Source: Eledone cirrhosa
Lineage: Eukaryota
Direction of reading: 5' to 3'
Length of the DNA stretch: 64,000 bases
NCBI GenBank assembly: GCA_964016885.1
Contig: OZ024743.1
Span: 334,676,001-334,740,000 of the forward strand
A program made the translations under genes and the position numbers. Shown one piece after another: positions 40,311 to 53,507 of this stretch. Below the pieces are notes generated by a model. It saw nothing but the letters and a program-made list of their open reading frames with translations, did no database searches and was not told the origin of the DNA. Numbering within the stretch: position 1 is the first letter of the stretch; every line of letters starts with the position of its first letter.

Positions 40311-43300
40311 CGATAGCAACTAACAGCGCTGCGATCGAATGTGGCTTTTTAGCCAGGCCAATGATCTAAAATGTCTTGCACAGAATCGGCAACCAAAACA
40401 TTCACTGGGAATAGCCGGCTGTGGTTGGAGTTCATGTACTTTTGGATGTCGCTTGAGCCCTCCTGCTGATTTACATTCTCTACACATGTTTGGCAAGCAT
40501 GATGAATAGCATCTCCAACAGCAGCCTGGTAGTCAACCACTGGTCTTACTTTATGACTGCGAAGATAAATTTCGAGTCCAGCTTTGCTTAGGCAGAGTCT
40601 CGCACAGACGCTGCATGTCAGCACCATAGGAGGACCCTCGCCGTCTGGAAGTGCAACAGCAATGCCCTTCCTCACATCCCGCTTTACTTTCTCGTATGCG
40701 ATTCGAGATGCCTCAAAGGCAACTTTTCCCTCATATACAGTCTTTCTCCATTTATTACGATCAGCAGCAATATTTTCCCATGTATCAGCAGAGATGTTAG
40801 CGTCTTTCAGAGAGGCTTTCAAGGAATTCTTATACCTCTTTTTTTGGTTTATGTGGCGGTCGTTTTCCTTTAACCAACTCTCCATAAAAGAGTTGTTTTG
40901 GTATTCTAGAATCCTTCATCCTGGCAAGGTGACCACTCCAACGGAGTCGTTGCTTAAGCACAAGAGCTTCTATACTGTCACACATAGAGCTTTCTAAAAT
41001 CTCGACATCACTGATGTGGTCCCTCCAGTGAACGCCATGGATCTGTCTGAGACACATCTGATGGAAACGCTCCAATTGCTTAAGGTGGTGTCGATATGTG
41101 ACCCAGGTATCGCAGGCATAAAGAAGACAAGAGAGCACACATGCCTTGTACACCTTTACCTTTGTCCTCCTGCATATGTCTCGCCGACACCAGAGTCACC
41201 TTTCTAGCTTTCCGAAAGCATCACTTGCTTTCCTAATGCTAAGTGAGATTTCACTGTCAAGGTTGCTGTATCGATTGACAGTGCTTCCCAGATAGACAAA
41301 CTGATCAACCACTTCAAGTCGTTTACCATACACATAGATATTTGGTTCAGTGTACTACCAGGGGCAGGCTGGTACATGACGACGGTTTTCTTGAGACTAA
41401 CAGTCAATCCTAGGGCAGTGCAAGCGTCAGAAAATGCATTCAAAATGTGCTGCATATCACTCTCTGTGTGCGCTACAAGATCGCAATCATCTGCATACAA
41501 GAGGTCTCTTATGATTGATGTAAATACTTTTGTCTTTGCAGCAAAGCGCCTGGTGTTAAATATGCTGCCTGAGGTTCGATATCGAATGTAAACACCAGGC
41601 TCGCAATTCCTGAATGCAATACAGAAAACCATTGCAAAGTATATGGCAAACAGGGTCGGTGCTGGAATATCCCCCTGTTTCACTCCATTTTTTACTGAGA
41701 TAGGCTCCGAAATGTTACCTCCGACATTAACCCAAGCCTTCATGTCGTCATGGAAAGACCTAACTAAAGCAAGGAACTTATCAGGGCAACCAAGTTTCTG
41801 GAGAACCTTCCATAATGCATCTCTGTTAACAGTATCGAAAGCTTTTGTCAGATCGACAAAAACCTGATACAGATCCAAGCCTTGTTCCATGCACTTCTCC
41901 TGGAGCTGTCTAGCTGAGAAGATCATATCAATAGTGCCGCGTCCAGCACGAAAACCAGATTGCAATGTGTGTCAGCAGACAGTCCAGAAGCACCCTACAT
42001 AAAACTTTCCCTACGACAGAAAGCAATGATATATCTCTGTAGTTCCCACAATCATTCCTGTTACCCTTTCCCTTGTACAAGACCACCATTACTGCATCTC
42101 TCCAGTCCTCAGGTACGGATTCATTAGCCCATATCCTGCCAAACAAAGAGTGAAGATGTTGCAGGAGTCTCTCACCAACATATTGTAGGAGCTCAGCATG
42201 TATGCCATCCATACCTGGAGACCTTCCACTGTTCAGCTTCGAGATAGCCACTGCAACCTCCACAAGCGTCGGAGGTTCTGCGAGAGCTACTTTCACAGGA
42301 CTTTCTGGAATGAGATTGAGGAAATCTTCACTGACGACAGACGGCTGATTCAAAAGATCATCAAAGTGCTCTCGCCACCTTCGTAGAATTCCTTGTGAGT
42401 CACGTAGAAGTTCTTTGCCATCCGTGCTGCAAAGCGGTGTCACCAGAGAAGAAGACGGTCCATAAACCTCACGCAACAGACTGTACAACAGCTTTGTGTT
42501 ATTGGACTCTGATGCAGTTTGTATCTCACCAGCCTTCTCACTCCACCACTGATCCTTCATCTGAGAAAGACTCCACCTAACACAGGATTTTACATCCTTG
42601 CGTTCCTCATGCAACGTATTCCTCTCCTGTGGTTTTGCCGTCAAGTAGCATGACAGAGCACGCCTCTTATCAGCCAACAAGTCTTCTATATGTACATCAT
42701 TCTCATTAAACCAGTCCCGATGTTTTCTCTGCACCAATCCCAGAACACGCCTGCCTACATCATAAACCGACTTTTTAAGGGTCGGCCAATCCTCACCAAG
42801 ATCTGCAGCCTGCATCTCTTCTTCCAATGTCCTCTTCACATTTTTATCCTTAAGACGAGCAGCATTCAATCTTTTGGGCAGGGCAACACCAGGAGCCCGG
42901 ATTTTACGTTTAGTGATTAGTTTCACTTTGCGCGTACCAGGCGGTGGTCCGTCCAGCACTCAGCTCCACGAAGAGCACGAACACACTGCACATCCTGTCT
43001 GTCACGCATCCTGACTAGGACGTAGTCCAAAAGATGCCATTCCTTAGATGCAGGATGCATCCACGTGGTCTTGAATTTGTTCTTTTGTTGGAACATGATG
43101 TTGGTAACACACAGATCCAGCTCCTCACATATCTGCAGCAGGAGCATACCATTGTTGTTACACTTTCCCACCCCATGCCTTCCGATTACATTCCATGTGT
43201 TAAAATCCCTACCTACTCTAGCATAAAATCACCAAGCACGATGACTTTGTCTGCCTGAGGGATATTTCTTAAAACACTTTTCAAGGCATGGTAAAAGGAC

Positions 43301-44181
43301 AACTTTTCTTCATCGACAGAATTCATAGTTGGAGCATACAGACTCACCAGGGTCGCATATCTTTGTCCAGCGGAATTCTCATGGACATAAGACGCTCACT
43401 AATCCCTACTGGGAATTCTTCTAATTTATTCACAAGAACAGTCTTAACAGAAAATCCTACCCCAGCCTCTCTTCTGGTTCCTTCATCTCTTCCTTTCCAG
43501 AAATGTATATTCTCCACAAAATTCTGTCAGATAACCATCTCCAGCTAACTTCGTCTCAGATAAAGCCACGATGTCAAGATCGTAACGTCGAAGCTCCTTT
43601 GCAACAAGAGCGGTCCTTCGTTCAGGACGCTCCAAGGAATCCCTGTCAAGCAACGTTCCAGCAGCCAAGACTAAATGCCTTGTTTGGCTCTATTACAATG
43701 GCACGATGACGAGCGGGCCCAGGCTGTGATAACCTGGGGCCCCTGCCCTTATTGCCAATTATCTTTTTTGTTTCAGAACCTAAATTGCCAATTATCTCTT
43801 TTATATTGTTCTGGAACATCATTGAATTGGAAAAAAAAAAAAAGTAATAATAATAGTAACAATAATAATAATAATAATACACTATTAATAATTATTAATG
43901 CACTCGTGCAATGCCTGTGCGTGACGAATATTTTTAAAGTGAGGAAAGACTGTGCACTGAGCCAATACCACTCTCTGAGCGACAGTAGCTCTAACCCGAA
44001 AAGAAGAAAAGATCAACATCATCGGTAACTACTGAGTCGCAGGTTTTATGTCGGAGTTAACCCAGTTTCCTGAGATGCCTTCTCCTAGAAGAATGCCCTG
44101 ACAAGGGCTAGGTGTTCTTCACTCCCAGTGGTTTAACTGCGCGATCGGGCATCCAGCCCGATTATTTCTGTCCCCGCGCGC
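40311..44181 (-). mobile_element. RTE-clade LINE (APE endonuclease + RT), near full length, frameshifted
   Basis: LGCWNV..RPERRTALVAKEL..DIVALSET, TWMHP, CWTDH, SPGMDGI, QSGFRAGRGT, DLTKAFD, GVKQG, LYADD, RIPKQLFYGEL; ends in (GT)n. Confidence 0.92.
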
Positions 44182-44303
44182 AAAAAAAAACAAAAAAACT
44201 CACTTATTGACACTTATACGTACGACATACACACACGCGCATACATACGAGCGCACACAGCAACACTCATACATACAAACAAACACACACACGCTACTCA
44301 CTT

Positions 44304-44365
<62 letters not shown>

Positions 44366-45214
44366 CCGTCATTACTGATACAAGATTACAAGATTATGTC
44401 AACTGTCCAGTATTATTATAATTGCTTTACAGCATAGCGCTATGGCTCTCCACGCTCTGAGCTTAAATCCCGCCGACGTCAACTTTGCCTTTCATCCCCA
44501 TGGAGTCAACAAAAAAGAGTACCAGTAATGCGCTGGACCAGTCGCTGGATCCGTGCTAAAAGCAGAAAAATTATTATTATTAAATTTGTTTTCTTAAGGC
44601 CCGGTCGCTGGTCATGGTGATGGCGGCAGTGGTGGTGGTGGTGGTGGTGGTGGTGGCAGTTGATGTTGTTGTTGTGTTGTGTGCGTGTGTGTGTGTGTTT
44701 TGTTATTTTGATTTTTTTTGTTTGTTTGTGGTTTAAACATTTTTTATTTTTATTATCGTTTGATGCCGCTGCTGTTGTTGTAAATGTTCATTCCAATTCA
44801 TTCTGAAGCTGTTATTACTGTAAACATTAGTGCCGGTGTTGTAGATGTTGGGGTTGAAATCTGGTCGTTTGACTGAGTGATGTATATACACACATATACA
44901 TACATATATATATATACACATTCAACACAGAGTAGAGAGTTTGACAACAGGTCGATGACTTTAGTCTAGATAGGGTAATGACATGTGATGGTGGGGGACA
45001 GTGAGATGTATCTAGTTTATTTGTCCGTTTTCTTCTCTTTGCAAAATTTGAATTTTAGCCATGTTATATTGAGATGTAAGTAAATATAAAATGTAAAATA
45101 TAAATAAGGATTGCTCTGGTAAAATATACTAAATATACATACATACATACATACATACATACATACATACATACATACATACATACATACGTACCTACCA
45201 ATGAAAGTGCGCTG

Positions 45215-45530
45215 CGAAATAGTACAGGTGGGCGGCTTTCAGTCGTAAGGCCATGAGTTTGAGTCATGGCGGTGTGATGTGTTCTTGAACAAGACACTTT
45301 ATTCCACATTGCCCCTGTCCAGTCAGGTGTAAAACTGAGTTATACCTCTTGTTCAAAAGATCTGCCTTGTCACATACTGTAACACAGTGAATAAACCTAA
45401 TAACTACGGTAAGTGTACATATATCTTCGGAATGCTCAGTCACTTGCATGATCATTTCACGAGCAGACTCTTCCGTTGATCGAGCAACTAAAACACTCAT
45501 CGTCAGAGCTAACGGAGATCCAACAACATA
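45215..45530 (+). mobile_element. Second SINE family copy
   Basis: GTGTTCTTGAACAAGACACTTTATTCCACATTG core, related to the reverse complement of AAGGTGTCTTGCTCAAGG at ~53000. Confidence 0.5.
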
Positions 45531-45610
45531 CGTGTATAATTACATACGCGTATGTGTGTATATTTGCGTTCATACTTGTATGCGTATGTATGCATATCTG
45601 TGTTTATATT

Positions 45611-45657
<47 letters not shown>

Positions 45658-46089
45658 TTGCAATCATACCTGTATGTTTGTGTCAGGGTGTATGCATATT
45701 TGCGATCATACCTGAATGTCTGTGTGTATGTAAGATTGTACTTTTTGTATTCTTTTCCCAATTGCACTCATTAGACTATGGCCATGCTGGGGCACCGTTT
45801 TAGAGGAATTTGATCTAACAACTCTGGTCCTTATTTTATCGATTTTATTTTGGTGAACCGCTAGGTTACGGAGTGTCAACACTGACAGACACACAGCTGT
45901 ACACATATGCACACACGCAGGCACAAACACGCATTCGCAAACAAACATAAAACACAAACACACACACAGATGTATATATGTGTGTATATGTGGCAATATC
46001 CATAAGTGTAAAAAGGTAAAAGGAAAAGTGTTCAATCAGGAAGAGAGCAGAAATATATTATTTATTTATGTATTCTGGAGTTATATATA

Positions 46090-46280
46090 TAAAATTGTTT
46101 CTACTTTTGGCACAAGGCCAGCAATTAACAAGTGCATTACTGGTACTTTATTTTATCGACCCTGTAAGGATGAAAGGCAAAGTTAACCACGGCGGATTTG
46201 AACTCAGAATGGCAAGGGGTGTAACTCTATGCGTCAAATCATGGCGTCCGACCCTCTACCGATACTGCCAATCCACCGTC
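46090..46280 (-). mobile_element. tRNA-derived SINE
   Basis: A box, B box and family core. Confidence 0.8.
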
Positions 46281-46317
<37 letters not shown>

Positions 46318-46443
46318 GGAAGCAAAAAATTGCTTATTGTGATCCAGTTCGTGGTTAAGAAAGCCAGTTTCATGGACGGTTTCAACGTTCGGTAGGGGTA
46401 ACTCCACAAGTTTGTAATAATTCCGTTCAATCTTGGAGTATAA

Positions 46444-46998
46444 AGTATAAAAGAGAAAACACAGGTAAGCATTAAGAGAAGGATTTTATCCAGGTATTTA
46501 CAACCGTTTCATTGGTAAGTGCAACCTTGTATTGCTATACTGCAAATAGCAGCCACTCAATGATAATTGTTGTTCACGTCCAAATTTTCAGAATAGTGAG
46601 TAAGTTACTCTTGAAATAGTTCTTAATATATAGAGAAAAACACTTTTTTGGAATTGTATTTACTAGTATAAAGAGAGAGGAAGAGGAATTAGAAAGTGAG
46701 GGGACAAACGGAATAGTATAGAGAGAGAGGAAGGGGGAGAAGAGTTAGGAAGTAGAGTGACAAACTGAGATGAAGTGAGGGGTAGAGGTGGAAAGATTCT
46801 TTGATTAGTTTTGATATGTAGACTTCATGTCGGTGATTGTAGTGAGTTATTTTGAAAATTTGGACGTGAACAACAATTATCATTGAGTGGCTGCTATTTG
46901 CAGTACAGCAATATAAGCTTGCACTTACCAATGAAACGATCGTAAATACCTGGATAAAATCCTTCTCTTAATGCTTACCTGTGTTTTTTCTTTTATAC
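46444..46998. repeat. Inverted repeat (~155-bp arms) of a hammerhead-bearing pseudo-LTR
   Basis: 46444-46597 vs 46846-46998. Confidence 0.85.
46848..46948 (+). ncRNA. Type I hammerhead motif, U3-A8 core, long stem II
   Basis: tatt-TTGAAAA-tttgg..ccaat-GAAA-cgatcg-TA-aata. Confidence 0.55.
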
Positions 46999-47121
<123 letters not shown>

Positions 47122-47240
47122 GTATATATGTATATATATAACAAAGGAATTGTGGTAAGGAACCAGATGGACCATAACGCACCAGAGTACTCAATACCTA
47201 GGGTAGTAGAGTGGGAAATAGGAAAAAGTATGGTCATACT

Positions 47241-47294
<54 letters not shown>

Positions 47295-47317
47295 AGAGAG
47301 AGAGAGAGAGAGAGAGA

Positions 47318-49902
47318 ATATCTACTCTTGCTCATACAAAAAACTAACCAATTTATTAGGTGAATGCGATGGAGGGCCTATCATTTTGACAACAAAACCA
47401 ATACAAATGAAATGAAATACCGCTATGGATTCAAAACATACAAAAATCCTCCTCATAATATTCAACACGAAAATTTTGAGAGCGCCCTACTGAACATGAT
47501 TAAAAACATAAAGTTCAGGAAACACAAATCTGAATTCCAAAAGGAATTAGACTCTACCCTTCTACAACTGAAAAATTCAAACAAGGTCCATCTCCATTCT
47601 GACAAAACTGGTAATCTGTACCATATGGACATGGATAAATATAACAAGTTCGTATATAAAAAAACTTAGAAAAAACTATAAGAAAACCAGCACCACCGCA
47701 CTGACATCATTGAACAACATATCATGTGATATAGTAAAAAAAACTCCATATTGAAGATATGACGGAACCTTTCACACCTAAAAGCCCGCACTTCAACCTG
47801 AAGGACCACAAATCTGACTTTAATTCGAACCCATCTATTAGACTGATATGCCCCTCAAAATCTGATATCGGTAATATCAGCAAGAAAATTATTGATCGAA
47901 TCATTCCGCAAATTAGAAAATTTGTAACATTTTCATTATGGCATAACACTTCCCAGGTTATTGAATGGTTCACTAACATCGAGAATAAAAACTGAGCTTC
48001 ATTCATACAAATCGACATCGATTCTTACTATTCTTCAATTTCTCCAATTCTCTTAAACAAAGCACTGATCTTCGCCAGAAATAGATTGGATTTATCTACT
48101 GAAGAAATCAACATCATAACTCATGCTAGAAAAACCTTACTAAACTTCCAAGAAGAACACTGGGCAAGAAACACATATAACAACTTATTCGATATAACGA
48201 TGGGATCCATGGACTCTCCTCAAGTTACAGACCTCGTTGGACTATTTCTCCTCTATAATATTCATTCCACTTTTCCCCACCTCAAAGGTGGTGTCTATCG
48301 GGATGATTGTCTATTGATATCTAACACTCTTAGCAATTCTAATATAGAGAAAAACAAAAAAACAAATTAGAAAATTCCTCAAGGACTATTACAACCTTAA
48401 CATCACCTTTGAAAACACCTCAAAAGTAGCCAACTTCCTTGACGTTACCTTAGACCTCTCTACGAATATTTATCAACCTTACCACAAACCCAACCAGAAT
48501 CTACACTATGTACATTCACGATCTAACCACCCTGGCTCTATACTCAAAAACTTAGTATATAACATATCTCTTAGACTTTCTAAATTATCTTCCAATGAGA
48601 ATATATTTTATAATAATGCACCCTTCTGCAACAAGGCCCTAACTAGAAGTGGATATAAAGAAAAAATTTCATATATCCCCAAAACTGCTTTGGACCAAAC
48701 TACAATACCTAGCAAAAACTACAAACACCAAAAAATACCATCAAAACAAATGCCTAATGGGATCATTCCTATCACACCAAACAACCTAAAAACCACAACA
48801 ACTATTACTTCACGATCTATGACCAATGATATCAACCCACATATGAATACCAAGCACTCAAAATCTCATAATCTACCCAATAATAACACCAAATACAACC
48901 ACTGCAATTTACCAAATTCCACAAATACAAATACTAACCATAAGAACTCTTCTAGAACACAGCACAATAATATAAGTTGGGAATAAGAACTTAACTAAAA
49001 ACGGCAAAAGAAACATCACATGGTACAACGCACCCTTCAACCTGCAAACTATTGGTTCAAATCCCCCAAAATTCTTCGAAATTCTACATAAACATTTTCC
49101 CCCAAACCACAGATACCACCAAATATTCAACAAATATACTCTTAAATTCTCATACTCTACATCAAACAATCTCCAGCAAAAAATAAGTAACTACAACATT
49201 TATAAATTAAAAAAATAGTATGACCACACCACCACAACATAATTTAAATAAGACTGCACCTTTTAAAAGGACAAATAATACAATCCTTCAACCTGGAAAA
49301 CACAACTACCCAAATCACCAACACAAAAACAACATAACACATAATCACAATACAACCCTAGGACTTAACCACCCACAAGGCAGCATTCATTCTCTCGCTA
49401 ACATTAATTACAATAAGAATAGCTCAATGATTAATGAGAATTATGTAGATACCTCCAACAACCATCTTACGTATGGTTGTAATTGCAGAAATAGAAGCGT
49501 TTGCCCCTTAAATGGCAATGTTTGATTAATAATGTAATATATAAATGCACTGTGTCTACTACTGACTCCAACAAATCATATTTAGGATCTACATCGAACA
49601 CATTTAAGAAAAGATATTACGCATACTCCAGTAGCTTTAACAATACTAAACTAGCTAACACCAGATCTTTAGCTGAAACAGTTAATAACTATACAAAGAA
49701 AAAAATAGATTTCAAACTATCGTGGCATACCATTCTACAAAGAAATCCATATCTTGGGAACAGGAGAGAATGCAGATTATGTTCCGGGGAGATCTTGGAA
49801 ATTACTAAATCTAAAGACGATTTATTGAATAAAAGACAGGAACTGATTATAGCTTGTAATCACCGTATACGAAAAACATTTAAGTACTATAAATCTAATT
49901 AA
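47318..49902 (+). mobile_element. Naiad-like Penelope element, degraded
   Basis: MRWRAY, SDKTGN, LKDHK, FDITMGS, GVYRDD, SNHP, WYNAPF, GCNCRNRSVCPLNG, VIYKC..YLGST. Confidence 0.88.
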
Positions 49903-50510
49903 ATATTCTAGATAGCAACTCACTATAATTCTATGTAACGTACCATTTGTTAGTATCCCCTTCCCCTAATTATACGCCTTCCTGCTTATTTTTTAATTTT
50001 TTAGCTTCCATAGATTCATGCATTACTGATTAAGGGCAACAAGGTACATAACCACCTGTAATTGCATGGTTATACATGTATCTATGTATGTATGATATGA
50101 GAATATATGTATATGTGTGTATATATATATGTGTGTGTATATGTGTATGTGTGTGTATATGTGTATGTACATGTATGTGTGTGTACATATATATATGTAT
50201 GTATAAGTGTGTATATATACATGTTTGTGTGCGCGTATGTATGTGTTTATATCTATGTATGCGTATCTATGTTTTTAATGGAGTATCAATATAATTTTAC
50301 CTCTATCTATGTATGTAATATATGTACTTTTGTGATCTATGAAAATTATGCGTTTTGACTATATGTCAACATGCATTTATCTGAGTTTGATTACTTATAC
50401 ATAGACACACTTGAAAGTATTTACTATTTTATACTTTATGATGCATCATACGCTATATTATACTATATACAATGTATCATACCGTACTATATTATATTAC
50501 ATTATATTAT

Positions 50511-50700
50511 GCGGTGGATTGGCAGAATCGGTAGAGAGTCGGACACCATGCTTTCCAGCATAGTTACGTCCCTTTACGGTTTGAGTTCAAATCCCGCCGA
50601 GGTTCACTTTGCCTTTCATCCTTACGGGGTCGATAAAATAAAGTACCAGTATTGTACTGGGTAATTGCTGGCCTTGTGCCAAAAAAGTAGAAACAATTGT
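50511..50700 (+). mobile_element. tRNA-derived SINE, full-length-looking copy
   Basis: TGGCAGAATCGG (A box), GAGTTCAAATCC (B box), GCCTTTCATCCTTACGGGGTCGATAAA core that resembles the MetaSINE central domain from memory. Confidence 0.82.
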
Positions 50701-52037
50701 ATTATATTATTATATTTTATTATCTTATTATCATTTTCATCTTTTAATATACTATGCTTCCTAGATATGACCATTACTTTACCTATCTATATTTATCCTG
50801 GTTATCTCTGTATATTTTATATTTAATTATTTATATTCACCTAAAAATTCAATACAACACAACTCAACATTTAATTCTTACATCCTTTTTAAACTTCACT
50901 CCACCATCTACATTCAACTATCAATATAACAATCCCTTTTTCCTCATATGTTCTTTATAGTAATACTATTTTTAACATCATTCAACCATTCCTTTCAAAG
51001 GGTCATGGCCTCAACTAAAGTGAGTTATTTTTCATGTTAACATCATATGGAAAAAAAACAATATGATTGGTTTGTTCTTCAGCTACCTCCAAATAAGGTC
51101 ATAGAACTCAATTTACTATTGATTATGAATAAAACTGTCATTGCTTTTGACAACGGCTGATGATATACATGTAAGTAAATATATTCCTTATCTGATATTT
51201 TGTAACTAACCCCACATAGATCGATAATGAAATATGCGTACGATGTATTATTATCACCTAGAAACGATCGTAAAGCAGTGAAGTATATTTCTAATGACTT
51301 GAATTTTTATTTCATTGTTTCAACTTATATATATATAGCAAAAGAGTCAGGACCCCGACGGCTGAGCTCAGGCCGTTCCGACAGCTACATATCGAAACGG
51401 CCGGAGCTCAGCCGTTGTGGTGCATGGGTGTGTGTGTGTGCATGCATATCGGTTACATTTATATTGGAAATTACGCCACACCGGTCTGTAAGTTCATGAA
51501 CACACAAGTAGGATATTTGTATGTATATAATAAATCATATTAATTGAATATCATAATACACATTAGACGCCAACACTGACAGATGTTTAAGAGGATATTA
51601 AATATTATTTATCAACATAGTAAAATAGAAACATTTCAGCATCATAATTGTCAGGCAAGTCAATTGATATGAGACCATGTTTTGATACCTGAACAATTAC
51701 TCCGTGGAAGAATCAATTTAGCTATTTGAAATTATAGAAAAACCTGTTAACCACATTTATATATATCATTTATTTCCTGGTGTCTGCGACTTGGTCACTG
51801 ATACAGGTCCATGGTAGACGTTTCAATGAACGTTTTCACATTAGGAAATAACTGATAAATATAGAGTAATGTAGTAAAACTGTTAAAATGACTTCAACGC
51901 AGTAATTGTAATGTCGATTACTCATTTAAATAGTTTGAAATGTATATCGTTTTAATGCCTGCAATGCAGGTTAATAGCTGCTAACGTAACACTGTTCCAT
52001 ATACTTTACCGATTGTGTTGTTATTTCTGTTTACCTT

Positions 52038-52164
<127 letters not shown>

Positions 52165-52349
52165 TATATATATAACTATATATTAATATAGGACTAGAAC
52201 TGTTACATTCAGTCCTCTAGAAGCCATTTCTATATTAAATATTTATACTCTGCTATGTATTGAGTACCTTACTTACTGTGGTTACCCTTCATTGAACCCA
52301 GGATAAACTACTCTCTCTCTTTCTCTCTCTCTCTCTCACTCTCCCTCCC

Positions 52350-52450
<101 letters not shown>

Positions 52451-52545
52451 TATAGCAACATGAATGGACCGGTTATTTTTCTCTAAAAACATTTTTCCCG
52501 ATTCCGCCCCGCCCGTCCTTTCAATCTTTCTAATTTCTCATCCTT

Positions 52546-52581
52546 TCTTCTGATGAAGGACTAGCGTCCAAAACGTTAAGA
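52546..52581 (+). ncRNA. Minimal hammerhead with G12A change, probably inactive
   Basis: tctt-CTGATGA-a-ggac tagc gtcc-AAAA-cg-TT-aaga. Confidence 0.55.
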
Positions 52582-52869
52582 CCCTATTCCTGCTATTTCA
52601 AGCGTTAAACTAATATATTCCTTCCATATACTGTACGGACTGTATTGTTATTTCTATTTATATACATATATATACATATTCATATCTGCATATAGATATA
52701 CATACATATACACACATATATATATATATATTCATATATACATATACCTATACATATATATATATATATAGACGCATATATTTATATATATATTCATATA
52801 TACATATGCATACATACATGCATATCACCATGACCATCTTGATCACCTTCACCGACCAGTCTGTCGGGC

Positions 52870-53090
52870 GCCAATCGGCGCCGCTGGTCACAGCACGTCG
52901 TGCTGTTTTAGCCATAAGATAACGCAATCCCACTGGCTGGGTGGCAGGCTGGTACTCATTTCTACAGCTCAGTAAACTGGAGCAACGTGAAATAAGGTGT
53001 CTTGCTCAAGGAAACAACACATCACCCGGTCCGAGAATTGAAATCACAACCTTTCGATTGCAATTAGCCCAATCCTCTAACCAGTAAGCC
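52870..53090 (-). mobile_element. SINE of another family
   Basis: GGTACTCATTT..ACTGGAGCAACGTGAAATAAGGTGTCTTGCTCAAGGAAACAAC plus a tRNA-like head on the minus strand. Confidence 0.55.
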
Positions 53091-53092
53091 AT

Positions 53093-53206
<114 letters not shown>

Positions 53207-53507
53207 ATTAATGGACGTAACAATGAGTACTCAATACAGAAGACGAGTTTATATAGTCATTAGTTATATCGAAGTCTTGAGTTTTCTTACTCATTAATAT
53301 TTCACATCCTCATCCACAGGCACATCATATATATATATATATATATATATAGGAACAAGTAGGACCCCGACGGCTGAGCTCAAGCCGTTTCGACGGCTAA
53401 TTCTGGACTAAATGAACATTTTTAGTCTGGTAAATGAATAGCCGAACTTCTCAGGCGGTAATTACATACAACGTAAAAGTGATTGTCCATCTGGTTCCTT
53501 ACCACTT

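Noticed and set aside
44040-44181. HDV-like ribozyme in the RTE 5' UTR
   Set aside because: Only a simple hairpin (atcgggc/gcccgat) was found; the pseudoknot could not be assigned.
47361-47995. In-frame TGA codons at 47361 and 47993 as selenocysteine
   Set aside because: They fall at Arg/Lys-like positions consistent with CGA-to-TGA decay, in a copy that also has other stops and frameshifts.
51150-51250. CTGATGA..GAAATATGCGTA as the hammerhead of the 47318 element
   Set aside because: Stem pairing is too weak to call by eye.
51540-51690. Possible first or signal-peptide exon of the LDLa gene (MVSYQLTCLTIMMLKCF..)
   Set aside because: Hits a stop with no suitable donor and lies beyond the assembly gap.
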